Below are positions 12,562 to 24,183 of a DNA stretch of 64,000 nt, piece after piece. Position numbers and translations under genes: made by a program. Below the pieces are notes generated by a model that saw only the letters and a list, made by a program, of their open reading frames with translations, was not told the DNA's origin and did no database searches. The first letter of the stretch is position 1, and each line of letters opens with the position of its first letter. This DNA is from Octopus sinensis. Its lineage: Eukaryota. Where the stretch lies: the NCBI RefSeq assembly GCF_006345805.1, contig NW_021833746.1, positions 1 to 64,000 of the forward strand. The letters run 5' to 3'.

Positions 12562-12611
<50 letters not shown>

Positions 12612-12627
12612 ACTACTGCTGCTGCCA
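12168..12627. repeat. In-register CTA/CTG/CCA/TTG triplet mosaic
   Basis: Directly visible. Source of the poly-Y/C/L/S/V ORFs. Confidence 0.95.
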
Positions 12628-12752
12628 AAACCACCCACTCATCAATCCACCCATCATTCTTAATAGACCATTTTATACCATCTGTTGTCCTCATTAGCAA
12701 GGGACTTCCTGTACCAGCTGTATACAGGTGAAAGGTCAAGCTGTCATCTTAG

Positions 12753-12785
<33 letters not shown>

Positions 12786-12939
12786 ATGGTGGTTCTTGAA
12801 TGGTGAAGATGGTGGTGGTCCTATTGGTAAGCCATATGGTTGCAGTGATGGTGCTGCAGTTGTGGTGGTGGTCACATGTGGAAGTAGTGATGGTTAGTGG
12901 TGCTGATAGTAATGGTGGTATTAGTAGTAGTATTTCGTC

Positions 12940-13125
12940 TGCCGTTGTTACGTTCTGTGTTCAAATTCCGCCGAGGTTGACTTTGCCTTTCATCCTTTCG
13001 GGGTCGATTAAATAAGTACCAGTTATTCACTGTGGTCGGTGAAATCGACTTAATCCATTTGTCTGTCCTTGTTTGTCCTCTCTGTGTTTAGCCCCTTGTG
13101 GGTAGTAAAGGAATAGATATTAGTA
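12940..13125 (+). mobile_element. SINE family B, 5'-truncated
   Basis: Contains gcctttcatcctttcggggtcgattaaataagtacc. Confidence 0.85.
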
Positions 13126-13705
13126 GTAGTAGTAGTGGTAGTCATGAGTGGTGATGGTGGTGGTTGTGAGTGGTAACGATGATGGTGTTGGTGGTAGTGG
13201 GGATGATGATGGGGTGGTGAGAGTAGTAGCCCTGAGTAATGATGATAATGGTGATGATGGTGATGGTGATAGAGGTGGAAGAGATGATGGTCTTGGCAGT
13301 GGTGGAATGGTGATAATGCAACTATTTGGTGGTTGTGTTGGTAGTAGTATTAAATCAACACTGAACTAACAAACCTATGATCAAAGGCGTTCCGGATGTG
13401 ACCTTCCCATTTTTTTTTTTATCTAGATGGCAGGTGTGCTTTGAGGGAGATTTGGCTGTGATCTTTCCTGTTTGGTTGCCATTTATCAATTTCTTCAATT
13501 TTTATTCTTTTACTTGTTTCAGTCACTTGACTGCGGCCATGCTGGAGCACTGCCTTTAGTTGAACAAATCAACCCCAGGTCTTATTCTTTGTAAGCCTAG
13601 TGGTTATTCTATCAGTCTCTTTTGCCGAACCGCTAAGTTACAGGGATGTAAACACAGCAGCATCGGTTGTCAAGTGATGGTGGGGCAACAAACACAGACA
13701 CAAAT

Positions 13706-13741
<36 letters not shown>

Positions 13742-13975
13742 CTATATATATATATTGGTGTTTGGAAGGATATCTAGCTGTAAAGACCTTGCCAGAACTA
13801 ACCTCGCCTGTGCTTGTGCCACTTAAAAAGCACCAAGTCCACTCTACTGAGTGGTTGGGGTTAGGAAGGGCATCCAGCTGTAAAAATCCCTGTCAAAACA
13901 GTCACAGAAGTCTGGTGCAGGCTTCTGCCTGGCCCTATCAAGCTGTCCCACCCATGCCAGCATGGAAGGCAGATA

Positions 13976-14192
13976 TTAACCCTTTAGCATATCTGGCCAA
14001 AAGTATTCTGCCTGTTTTATGTTCAAACAGGCCATATCTGGTCTCTCACACCAACCCTACAATATTGTTTTAAAAATTAACAGCTACCTCATCAAAATCT
14101 CAAAAGCTACAAGATAATGCATGATTAGTTCAAAACAATGTGGATGAAGAAGCATTAATTTTGGCAGAATAATGCGAACACTAAAGGGTTGA
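13976..14192. mobile_element. piggyBac-like MITE
   Basis: TTAA-CCCTTTAG ... CTAAAGGG-TTGA ends. The same family occurs at 33914-34144, 19026-21123 (split) and 53078-53790. Confidence 0.7.
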
Positions 14193-14343
14193 TGATGAAT
14201 TATTCTCTAACCAATATATTTACATGACTGACAGGCAGGAACCTGTCCAGTTGCTTCCACCTACATTTTGGCATAATTAAAATAATATTAGGTCATCAGC
14301 TAATATTATTTGATTTCCCTCTTCGCATATTTAATTTTTCGGT

Positions 14344-14526
14344 TAAGGTTTTTAATTACTCCATACATTAATTAATTATGCACTAAGCATTAATTCTCTG
14401 ATGTATCTGTAGTTTGATTATTTCACTCTTTGGAGGCATCAAATTGCATCAGACTGCCGATATAGTTCAGAAATTAATACTATGTTATGCATAATTAATT
14501 AATACATGGAGTAATTAAAAATCCTA
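14344..14526. repeat. Imperfect inverted repeat / MITE
   Basis: aaggtttttaattactccatacattaattaattatgca pairs with tgcataattaattaatacatggagtaattaaaaatcct. Confidence 0.7.
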
Positions 14527-14621
14527 ACTAAAAAAATTTGATGTTTGGTGCATGATTAGTTAATTAATTTGAGCAAATTGCCAAATCTCGAACTAATCAT
14601 TTTATATATATATATATATTT

Positions 14622-14784
14622 AGGCGCAGGAGTGGCTGTGTGGTAAGTAGCTTGCTTACCAACCACATGGTTCCGGGTTCAGTCCCACTGCATGGCACTT
14701 CGGGCAGGTGTCTTCTACTACAGCCTCGGGCCGACCAAAGCCTTGTTAGTGGATTTGGTAGACGGAAACTGAAGGAAGCCTGTC

Positions 14785-14827
<43 letters not shown>

Positions 14828-15043
14828 TGCTTGTGTGTCTGTGTTTGTCCCCACAAAATCGCTTGACAACCGATGCTGGTGTGTTTATGTCCCCCGTTAC
14901 TTAGTGGTTCGGCAAAAGAGACCGATAGAATAAGTACTGGGCTTACAAAAAGAATAATTCCCGGGGTCGAGTTGCTCGATAAAAGGCGGTGCTCCAGCAT
15001 GGCCGCAGACAAATGACTGAAACAAGTAAAAGAGTAAAAGAGT
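14622..15043 (+). mobile_element. SINE family A, full length
   Basis: aggcgcaggagtggctgtgtgg head to gagtaaaagagt tail, set in (TA)n. Confidence 0.92.
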
Positions 15044-15291
15044 ACTATATTTTTATATATATAAAATGCAAAAATGGGACAAGAACAAAAACATCCAGAC
15101 ACACGATAGAAGGAAACTTGGACAGGTCATTTGGAGTTTTCTTTCCTCAGTCATTAGACTGCAGCCATACATTTTGAAGAATTTTTAGTCGAATGTATCA
15201 ACCTCCAGGGCTTATTTTTTTATACGCCTGGTACTTAGAGATGTAAACACACAGCATCATTTGTCAAGGGTTGATGGCAGGACAACCACCA

Positions 15292-15341
<50 letters not shown>

Positions 15342-15345
<4 letters not shown>

Positions 15346-15543
15346 TATTAGTGAATTGAAGAAATGGAGCTGAACGAAGATTGAACAGAAATCGTTTTAT
15401 TTCATTCTACACGTGTTTCGAAAGGCACAATTTACCAAAATCCGATTGAAACGTGTTTCTACATCGACACACGTGTAGAATGAAATAAAACGATTTCTGT
15501 TCAATCTTCGTTCAGCTCCATTTCTTCAATTCACTAATAATAT
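15342..15543. repeat. Perfect 75-bp inverted repeat with 52-bp spacer
   Basis: Arms 15342-15416 and 15469-15543 are exact reverse complements. Confidence 0.95.
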
Positions 15544-15718
15544 TAAAATTCAATTATCCGCACCAACGCACGGTTGCAACACCATATGGTTGTACCTCCA
15601 ACCGTGCTGTCTTCTGCTGTGATTTTTGCTACCAAGGTATCGGTTAAACTTTTGATTAATCTGCTACAAGATTATTCATCTTTCTATTTCACATAATATA
15701 TATATACATATGTATATA

Positions 15719-16149
15719 TTCTTTTACTCTTTTACTTGTTTCAGTCATTTGACTGCGGCCATGCTGGAGCACCGACTTTAGTCGAGCAAATCGACCCCGG
15801 GACTTATTCGTTGTAAGCCCAGTACTTATTCTATCAGTCTGTTTTGCCGAACAGTCTGTTTTGCCGAACTGCTAAGTGACGGGGACATAAACACACCAGC
15901 ATCGGTTGTCAAGCAATGCTACGGGGACAAACACAGACACACAAACATATACACACACACGCATATATAAATATATACATATATACGACAGGCTTCTTTC
16001 AGTTTCCGTCTACCAAATCCACTCACAAGGCATTAGTCGGCCCGGGGCTATAGCAGAAGACACTTGCCCAAGATGCCATGCAGTGGGACTGAACCCGGAA
16101 CCATGTGGTTGGTAAGCAAGCTACTTACCACACAGCCACTCCTGTGCCT
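15719..16149 (-). mobile_element. SINE family A, full length
   Basis: Both halves. Followed by an extra head half at 16150-16270. Confidence 0.9.
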
Positions 16150-16403
16150 ATATATGATAGGCTTCTTTCAGTTTCCGCCTGTCAAATCCACTCACAAGGC
16201 TATATAGTAAAAGACATTTGCCCAAAGTGCTGCATAGCAGGATTGAACCCAGAACCATGTGGTTGGGATTTTTTGTTAACATCTTCAACACTTCCAGCAT
16301 TAAATGTGTTTGCTCTAACTTAACTGTTGTCTTTTATTTTTGTACTTGTTTCCAGATGCAGATGGCGTGTCTGAGTAAGCCATTTTCCACCCCCCACCCC
16401 CCC

Positions 16404-16437
<34 letters not shown>

Positions 16438-16470
16438 GCAATAATTCTTTTCATTGACTTCTCTTTCCAG

Positions 16471-16545
16471 GATGTGGTGAAGAGTATCAAAGTGTTGCTG
16501 GTCATTTCATTGTCTGGTGTGAAAGTATGTAGTAGCAAAGGGGAG
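16471..16545 (+). CDS. SH2D5: SH2D5-like exon: DVVKSIKVLLVISLSGVKVCSSKGE
   Basis: Acceptor ttgacttctctttccAG, donor GAG|GTAAGT, 75 nt, phase 0/0. V-L-x-I-S-L-S-G-V-K-V is a PTB strand motif. Too short to appear in the ORF track. Confidence 0.9.
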
Positions 16546-16880
16546 GTAAGTAGACTTGTTTGCACCAGAAGCAAATGCCTCTTTCTTACAGGTTCAGTAA
16601 TCGGTTCAGTGAACTAAGGCGCTGAACCGTTGACCACATGATAAGTTATAGGGATGTAAATTCACCAACACCATTTGTCAAGCGGTGGTGGTGGGGACAC
16701 ACACAAACACACACACACACACACACACAATATTTACACATACATACATACATACATACATGTATATATCATGTGACCGACCAGACCATCAGATGTTGCT
16801 ACACATCGCTGGTCACAATGCGTTCGCATTGTTTTAGCCTGGTCGAAACATATCTACGTTTATCTAAGTTTACATATATA

Positions 16881-17171
16881 AAAATATATATTATATAATT
16901 AGGGCTTAGTAAAATAAATTACTTTGCCACATACTGAACTTTCTAGAAATAGCAGCCAAAAAGTTTTTTAGCCATTTCCACTACTTTAAGAAAAATTCTC
17001 CCAGATAATGTTTACTCAAAAATAAGTTATATTTGAGTAAACATTATCTGGGAGAATTTTTCTTAAAGTAGTGGAAATGGCTAAAAAACTTTTTGGCTGC
17101 TATTTCTAGAAAGTTCAGTATGTGGCAAAGTAATTTATTTTACTAAGCCCTAATTATATAATATATATTTT
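16881..17171. repeat. Perfect 140-bp palindrome with 11-nt loop
   Basis: Arms 16881-17020 and 17032-17171 are exact reverse complements. Confidence 0.95.
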
Positions 17172-17279
17172 GAATACGCCTTAAATGGTCCTTTTACATA
17201 CTGAACACTACTTGGTGAAATTGATTAATAACTAATTAATTTACCCTCAATTATTGATATAAAAATATATATATATGAG

Positions 17280-17585
17280 GATACACAGAATGGCATTTAA
17301 ACGCCGACTTATACCAGGGGCTACCAAAAGTAACATTGAAGATACGGTATAGAAGGATGAGGCTGGCTGGACACTGCATCAGACATACCGATGAAATTGC
17401 TAACATGCTAGTGCTCAGGCAACCAACAGAAGGATGAGCAAGAAGGAAGACAACCTATATCAACAACTTGGTGGAGGTTCCTGGTATGGAAGGGTTTACA
17501 TGAGCTGAGAATCATTATGGAAGATCGAGATGAGTGGGGGAAATGTGTGGAAACAGTCTTGGGGCATCCTGAGGGCCGACTTAGA
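17280..17585 (+). mobile_element. RTE-clade LINE 3' fragment
   Basis: LYQGLPKVTLKIRYRRMRLAGHCIRH..LVLRQPT..DRDEW, with a stop and frameshifts. Confidence 0.8.
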
Positions 17586-17826
17586 TATATATATATATAT
17601 ATAACAATTAAGGATAACTTCTTAATAAGGAATCTTAACAAGAAATTATCAGGTAGTTAGCGTGAAAAACCTCATAAGAGAAAAATTCGAAAATTATTTT
17701 TTTTCTTTTGAACATATTAATTTATATTGTATAGAGGGCATTATTACACATAAATGCCTCAATAAAAGGGTGAAATTAATTAATTTTACCAAGTATGTAA
17801 AAAGACCATTTATGGTATATTTAAAA

Positions 17827-18136
17827 CATTATGTTATATAATTAGGGTTCAGTAAAATAATTTACTTTACCACACACCAAACTTTGAGAAATAGCAGCCA
17901 AAAAATCATAGCTATTTCTTCTACTATAAGAATCTCCTAGACAATGCATACTCAAAAATAATTCACACAGGTTATTTTTCCCTCCATACCTGTGTGAATT
18001 ATTTTTGAGTAAGCATTGTCTGGGAGATTTTTCTTATAGTAGAAGAAATAGCTAAGATTTTTTGGCTGCTATTTCTAAAAGTTCGGTGTGTGGTAAAGTA
18101 AATTATTTTACTGAACCCTAATTATATAACGTAATG
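17827..18136. repeat. Imperfect ~148-bp inverted repeat, same family as 16881-17171
   Basis: Arms share aattagggttcagtaaaataatttactttacc...agaaatagcagccaaaaaa. Confidence 0.9.
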
Positions 18137-18309
18137 CTTTATATATATATATATATATATATATGATATATAACGTTCACATACATATATCTATAACGCT
18201 ATGCATAAAAAAATAACATAAAAATAATATATATATATAAAAAAAAATATTTATAAAAGTATGAAAATTTCTAAGCTCATCACTAAAGTTCGTCTGTTTG
18301 TCATTGCAG

Positions 18310-18456
18310 AGTGTATACATGGCTCATGCCTTAAAACGAATATCCTTTGCGACCTGTGACCCGGATTATTGCCAGTTCTCTTTTCTTGCCAGAGAGCCAA
18401 AAGGACAGATCAATGTTCAGTTCTGTCATGCTTTTGTCACCCGCAACTCTCCAGAA
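18310..18456 (+). CDS. SH2D5: SH2D5-like exon: SVYMAHALKRISFATCDPDYCQFSFLAREPKGQINVQFCHAFVTRNSPE
   Basis: Acceptor ctgtttgtcattgcAG, donor GAA|GTAAGT, 147 nt, phase 0/0. MAHALKRIS..QFSFLAR..FCHAF parallels recalled SH2D5 MAHALRRIL..QFAFMAR..FCHLF. Confidence 0.93.
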
Positions 18457-18747
18457 GTAAGTATTGTTTCCGTCTTTGTGGGTGGGTCATTGTGCCAATG
18501 ATAAAACACACATTGGTTCAATTTCACTTAATTTTTTTTTTATTAGTCAATTGGTTGGTACTCCGTTGGCTAGGATGACGTGCATTTCAGTTGATCCGGT
18601 CAATGGAACAGCCTGCTTGTGAAAATAACATGCAAGTGGGTGAGTACTCCATATGCACCCCACAGACATACAAACCCTTATGTAGTTCACAGGGAGATTC
18701 GGCATGGCACAGAATGTGACAAGGCTGGCCCTTTGAAATACAGGTAC

Positions 18748-18954
18748 TCTCTCTTTTACTTATTTCAGTCATTTGACTGCGGCCATGCTGGAGTACTGCC
18801 TTTAGTCGAGCAACTCGACCCTGGGACTTATTCTTTTTGTAAGCCCAGTACTTATTCTATCAGTCTCTTTTTGCCGTACCGCTAAGTGACGGGGACATAA
18901 ACACACCAACATCGGTTGTCAAGCAATGCTAGGGGGACAAACACAGACACACAA

Positions 18955-18989
<35 letters not shown>

Positions 18990-19010
18990 CATATATACGA
19001 CAGGCATATA
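18748..19010 (-). mobile_element. SINE family A, tail half
   Basis: tactctctcttttacttatttcagtc...acacagacac. Confidence 0.85.
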
Positions 19011-19147
19011 TACGATATGGCTGGTTTAAGCCCTTAACACTCAGATTACTCTCTCAAACATGAAGCTTATTCATGTTGTTTTGAATTAATCCTGCATTAT
19101 CTCATTGCTTCAAGATTTCAATGATGTAATGGTTTTATTTTTAGAAT

Positions 19148-19676
19148 TATAAATATATATATATAATTATATACATCAAAATAAGCAGCAAGAATGACTC
19201 CGGTGATTTGGTGCGATCGTTTCGTACTACATCATTTTATTAAATGTTGTATTACAACAGTTTTGGAATGCTGGGCACTCATCAGTCAGTTGTAGAGGTT
19301 TTCCATTAATACAAGAATTTTCATATCAAGTGGCAACATTGTAGAGAGGGTGGATACATGGACAGGGATGTGGATTTGAATTTTAGGAATATTTGGGGTG
19401 GTGGAGCCCATCAACTGACTGACTGAGATTCAGTTGTTCCAGACTACTGTAGGGTTCTGAGAGGGAAGAACAAATTTATGTCTATACTGGAAAAAAAATT
19501 TTCCAGCCTCCCATAAATATCATAAAATAATTTCTAAAAAATCAGTGAGAATTTCATATTCCACTCTCCCAAATATGGCTACCATAGTAGCTAGACTTAA
19601 TAGTAAAAACATTAAGTTAGCCAGGAGTGGAATGAATAGTAACAACAATGATAGTAATAATAATTGTAAAAATAGC

Positions 19677-19714
<38 letters not shown>

Positions 19715-20350
19715 TAATAACATTGATGTAAATAGTGATAATAGCAATATCAATAATAGAGGTGGTATAGATAAAAGTATGGTAGGTGATAATAATGAAG
19801 ATGAATTAATAATTAGTAACCCTAGTTTGCATAACAACGTAATTACTAATAGTGAAAATAATACTAATACTAACAATAATTTAAATAACAGTAATGGAAG
19901 TGAACTGTCCTTAAATAATTCCAGTACCGGACACTATCCCCCCAGTTGTAATTGTAGGATTAGATCAAAATGTCCGTTATCTGGCCTTTGTTCTGTCCAA
20001 AACGTGATTTATAAATGCACGATAATAACTTCAAACAATAGCTTTCTTTCTTTATTTTGGTTCTTCGGTAGATTTTAAAAAACGTCTAAACAATCATTTT
20101 TCCTCTTTTAGACTCAAACATAAGGCAGGTTGCACAACATTATCTAGTAAAATTTGGGAACTAAAATACAATAATATAGAATTCAACCTAAAGTGGGATA
20201 TAGTTAGATGAGCGCAACCTTATAGAAATAATAGGGATGGTTGTCAACTTTGTTCTATGGAAACTTATGAAATTTTGAAATATCAGGGTAATACAAATCT
20301 GTTGAATAACCGTTTGGAGCTGGGAGTATCTTGTATACATCGTACGACCC
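19148..20350 (+). mobile_element. Penelope-like retroelement 3' fragment with a decayed GIY-YIG endonuclease
   Basis: KNFPASHKYHKII..VRISYSTLPNM, an (AAT)n expansion, then CNCRIRSKCPLSG..VIYKC..[frameshift]YFGSSVDFKKRLNNHFSSF..LSSKIWELK..KWDIVR*..CQLC..LLNNR. This is the characteristic PLE GIY-YIG with CCHH-type spacing. Confidence 0.9.
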
Positions 20351-20819
20351 GAACGTTTAAATACTTTAAATAATAATTTTGTGAATATTCCTATATTTTT
20401 CAAATTTTAATTCTTTATAACCAAATAAAAAGGAATATACCATACTAGCTTTCAAATTAACATTTGTAGATGACTAAAATAACTTCACTGCAAACTTAAA
20501 ATTGAATTCTTCTTTTTTTCTAAAATTAAACTGTATGAATCAAAATAGTTGGAATCCTAAATAGTATGAATCCCAAATAGTAGGAATACTAAATAGTATG
20601 AATCCTATGTCCCTAAAGAAACTATTCAGTTCACCTTGATTATCTCACTTCTATTTCTTAATATATAATTAGTCTAAGATATCTTTACAAAATATATTTA
20701 ACCAAATAGGAACGAATATACCATACTGGTTTTAGTTTAACACCCATAAATGATTAAAAAACTTCATTGCAAACTAAAATTAAATTCTTTTTTATAATGT
20801 TCTCCAATACTAAGTAGTA

Positions 20820-21015
20820 CTGTGCAGGTGGCACGTAAAAAGCACCCACTACACTCACGGAGTGGTTGGCGTTAGGAAGGGCATCCAGCTGTAGAAACAT
20901 TGCCAGATTAGACTGGAGCCTGGTGCAGCCTTCTGGCTTCCCAGAACCCCGGTCGAACCGTCCAACCCATGCTAGCATGGAGAACGGACGTTAAACGATG
21001 ATGATGATGATGATG
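20820..21015 (+). mobile_element. SINE family C, 3' part
   Basis: Family C core plus (GAT)n tail. Confidence 0.9.
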
Positions 21016-21440
21016 AATGACATTGTAGGGGTAGGTGTGAGAAATCAGATCTGGTCAGTTTGGCCATTAAAACAGGCAGAATATTTGTGTCTGATATGGT
21101 CAGTTTGAATGCTAAAGGGTTAATCAGTTGGTTAAACAATTGATCAGTTGTCTGTCAAAGATCTCATCAATACCTTACCCACAGATTTGCTTTACACCTG
21201 GAGGAGAGAGGCATGCCATTGATGAGGTTACAAATGGCAACAAAAGGATTTTGACAAACTTAATTGCTTGATTGCTTAACAGACCTACTAAGCAAGCATT
21301 AGGTTATTGATTGATTACATTACTAACTAGTTGACTAATAATAAGTGATTGCTCAAGATACAAAAAGACTATTCTTTGTATGTCCGACAGGTTTTGAAAA
21401 AAAAAGAGGTTGATATAGTATATAGGTTGATGTAGTATAT

Positions 21441-21846
21441 AGCCGCAGGAGTGGCTGTGTGGTAAGCAGCTTGCTAACCAACCACATGGTTCCGGGTTCA
21501 GTCCCATGTGTGGCATCTTGGGCAAGTGTCTTCTGCTATAGCCCCGGGCCGACCAATGCCTTGTGAGTGGATTTGGTAGACGGAAACTGAAAGAAGCCTG
21601 TCGTATATATGTATATATATATATATAAGTGTGTGTGTGTGTGTCTGTGTTTGTCCCTCTAGCATCGCTTGACAACCGATGCTGGTGTGTTTATGTCCCC
21701 GTCACTTAGCGGTTCGGCAAAAGAGACCGATAGAATAAGTACTGGGCTTACATAGAATAAGTCCCGGGGTTGATTTTCTCGACTAAAGGCGGTGCTCCAG
21801 CATGGCTGCAGTCAAATGACTGAAACAAGTAAAAGAGTAAAAGAGT
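21441..21846 (+). mobile_element. SINE family A, full length
   Basis: Both halves plus internal microsatellite. Confidence 0.9.
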
Positions 21847-21964
21847 ATATGTGTGTGTATGTGTTTGGCTGTGTTGCTATGAAGAGATAGTGACCATAGC
21901 TTTGTTGTTGGTCATTGTTTGCATATTGTTTTTATTTTTAACCCTTTTGAGACACACAGTGTTT

Positions 21965-22340
21965 TGGTCTGTATATAAACTTAGATAAACTTAGATATGT
22001 TTCGACCAAAGATTGGTCCAGGCCATGTCTAACTTAATAGCACCACCTGATAGGATTATTTGAATCCTGTTTAAGTCAAGTTTTGTTTATGGTCCATTCA
22101 AGTAGTGAGTTTTTGTTGGGTGAGTTGTATCCAATTATGGGTGGCTTATCTGGTATTCCTTGAAGGAATCTATCCAGACTCCGTTTAAAGTTGATGGGAT
22201 CCTTTTCCTCTTTGATCTCTTTCTGGACAATGTTAAATAGGGCAGGTCCTGTTGAGGAAAAGAAATCTGTGTAGCCCCAAACACCAAAATGTTTTCTGTT
22301 GATATTGGAAACGATGGGTGAATGCAGAAAACATTGGACA
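21965..22340 (-). mobile_element. CR1-group LINE 3' fragment
   Basis: Minus frame reads DFFSSTGPALFNIVQKEIKEE..FKRSLDRFLQGIPDKPPIIGY..NSLLEW*, typical of CR1-like ORF2 ends. Confidence 0.75.
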
Positions 22341-22948
22341 GAGTGCCTACAACCACTTTATTACTCTTTTACTCTTTTATTTGTTTCAGTCATTTGATGC
22401 TGGAGCATGGCCTTTAGTAGAACAAATTGACCCCAGGACTTATTCTTTGTAAGCCTAGCACTTATTTGGTGTCTTTTGTCAAAGCACTAAGTAAACCCCA
22501 CCCCATCTGTTGTCAAGCAATAGAGGGGGGGAACAAACACAGACACACAAGCATACACACACACACTTCCTTTCCTCTGCCCCTCCCTCTTCCTCTCCCC
22601 ATTTCCACATCACCATCAGGGTGTTGGTCAGCCATGAGGGCTAAAGCTTTGAAGTTAGTTTTCAGCCACTCCTTTATGTATTATTCCAACACACACACAA
22701 CAGATGCATAAACTAACATAGATACATACACACTGGCACAAATAAACACATACAAGCAGGTACAGACACATTTTGAAACACATACACACACACAAAGTTT
22801 GGTCAGCCCCAGGCTATAGTAGAAGACACTTGCCCAAGGTGCCATGCAGTGGGACTGAACATGGAACCATGTGGCTGGTAAGCAAGCAACTTACCACACA
22901 GTCACTCCTGCACTCAGAGTCACATGTAAAACTATATATATATATATA

Positions 22949-23198
22949 TTACTCTTTACTCTTTTACTTGTTTCAGTCATTTGACTACAGCCATCCTGGA
23001 GCACCACCTTTAGTTGAGCAAATCCACCCCAGGACTTATTCTTTGTAAGCCTAGTACTTATTCTATCGGCCTCTTTGCCGAACCGATAGGTTACAGTGAC
23101 ATGAACACACCAGCATCGGTTGTCAAGCGATTTTGGGGGAACAAACACAGACACACAAACACACCACACATATAATATATATATATTATTATATATAT

Positions 23199-23252
<54 letters not shown>

Positions 23253-23418
23253 CATGACAGGCTTCTTTCAGTTTCCGTCTGCCACATCCTCTCACAAGGC
23301 TTTGGTCGGCCCGAGGCTATAGTAGAAGACACTTGCCCAAGGTACCACACAGTGGTGGACTGAAACCGGAACCATGTGGTTGGTAAGCAAGCTACTTACC
23401 AGACAGCCACTCCTGCCT
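22949..23418 (-). mobile_element. SINE family A
   Basis: Both halves with an expanded internal (TA)n. Confidence 0.9.
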
Positions 23419-23773
23419 ATTATATGGTTTTATATTATATCTATGGAATGACAATCTCTGATTGGCCTTTACACTCCAAAACTTTTGTCTTATCAGTCCA
23501 AGAGGTCCACCTCTAAGTCCTTTCCTCTTGTATCACTTGGGCTGATCAATCAGCCTGGGTGTCACAAAAGGGTTAAAGTAGGCATAGGTATGGCCATGTG
23601 GTTAGGGTATAAGAAGCTCATTTTGCAACTAAGTGGCTTTACATTTGGTCCCACTGTGTGGCGCCTTCTGTGTCTTATACTATCACCCCAGGTTCATTAA
23701 TGCTTCCTCAGTGAAATTGGTTGATACAAACTATTTGGATGCTCATCATGTGTGTATATATATATATATATAT

Positions 23774-24183
23774 AGGCGCAGGAGTGGCTGTGTGGTAAGT
23801 AGCTTGCTAACCAACCACATGGTTCCGGGTTCATTCCCACTGTGTGGCATCTTGGTCAAGTGTCTTCTGCTGTAGCCCCGGGCCGACCAATGCCTTGTGA
23901 GTGGATTTGGTAGACGGAAACTGAAAGAAGCCTGTCGTATATATGTATCTATATATAAGTGTGTGTATATGTTTGTGTGTCTGTGTTTGTCCCACCAACA
24001 TCGCTTGACAACCGATGCTGATGTGTTTACGTCCCTGTCACCTAGCGGTTCGGCAAAAGAGACCGATAGAATAAGTACTGGGCTTACAAAGAATAAGTCC
24101 CGGAGTCGATTTGCTTGACTAAAAGCAGTGCTCTAGCATGGCTGCAGTCAAATGACCGAAACAAGTAAAAGAGTAAAAGAGTA
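23774..24183 (+). mobile_element. SINE family A, full length
   Basis: Both halves, flanked by (TA)n. Confidence 0.9.
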
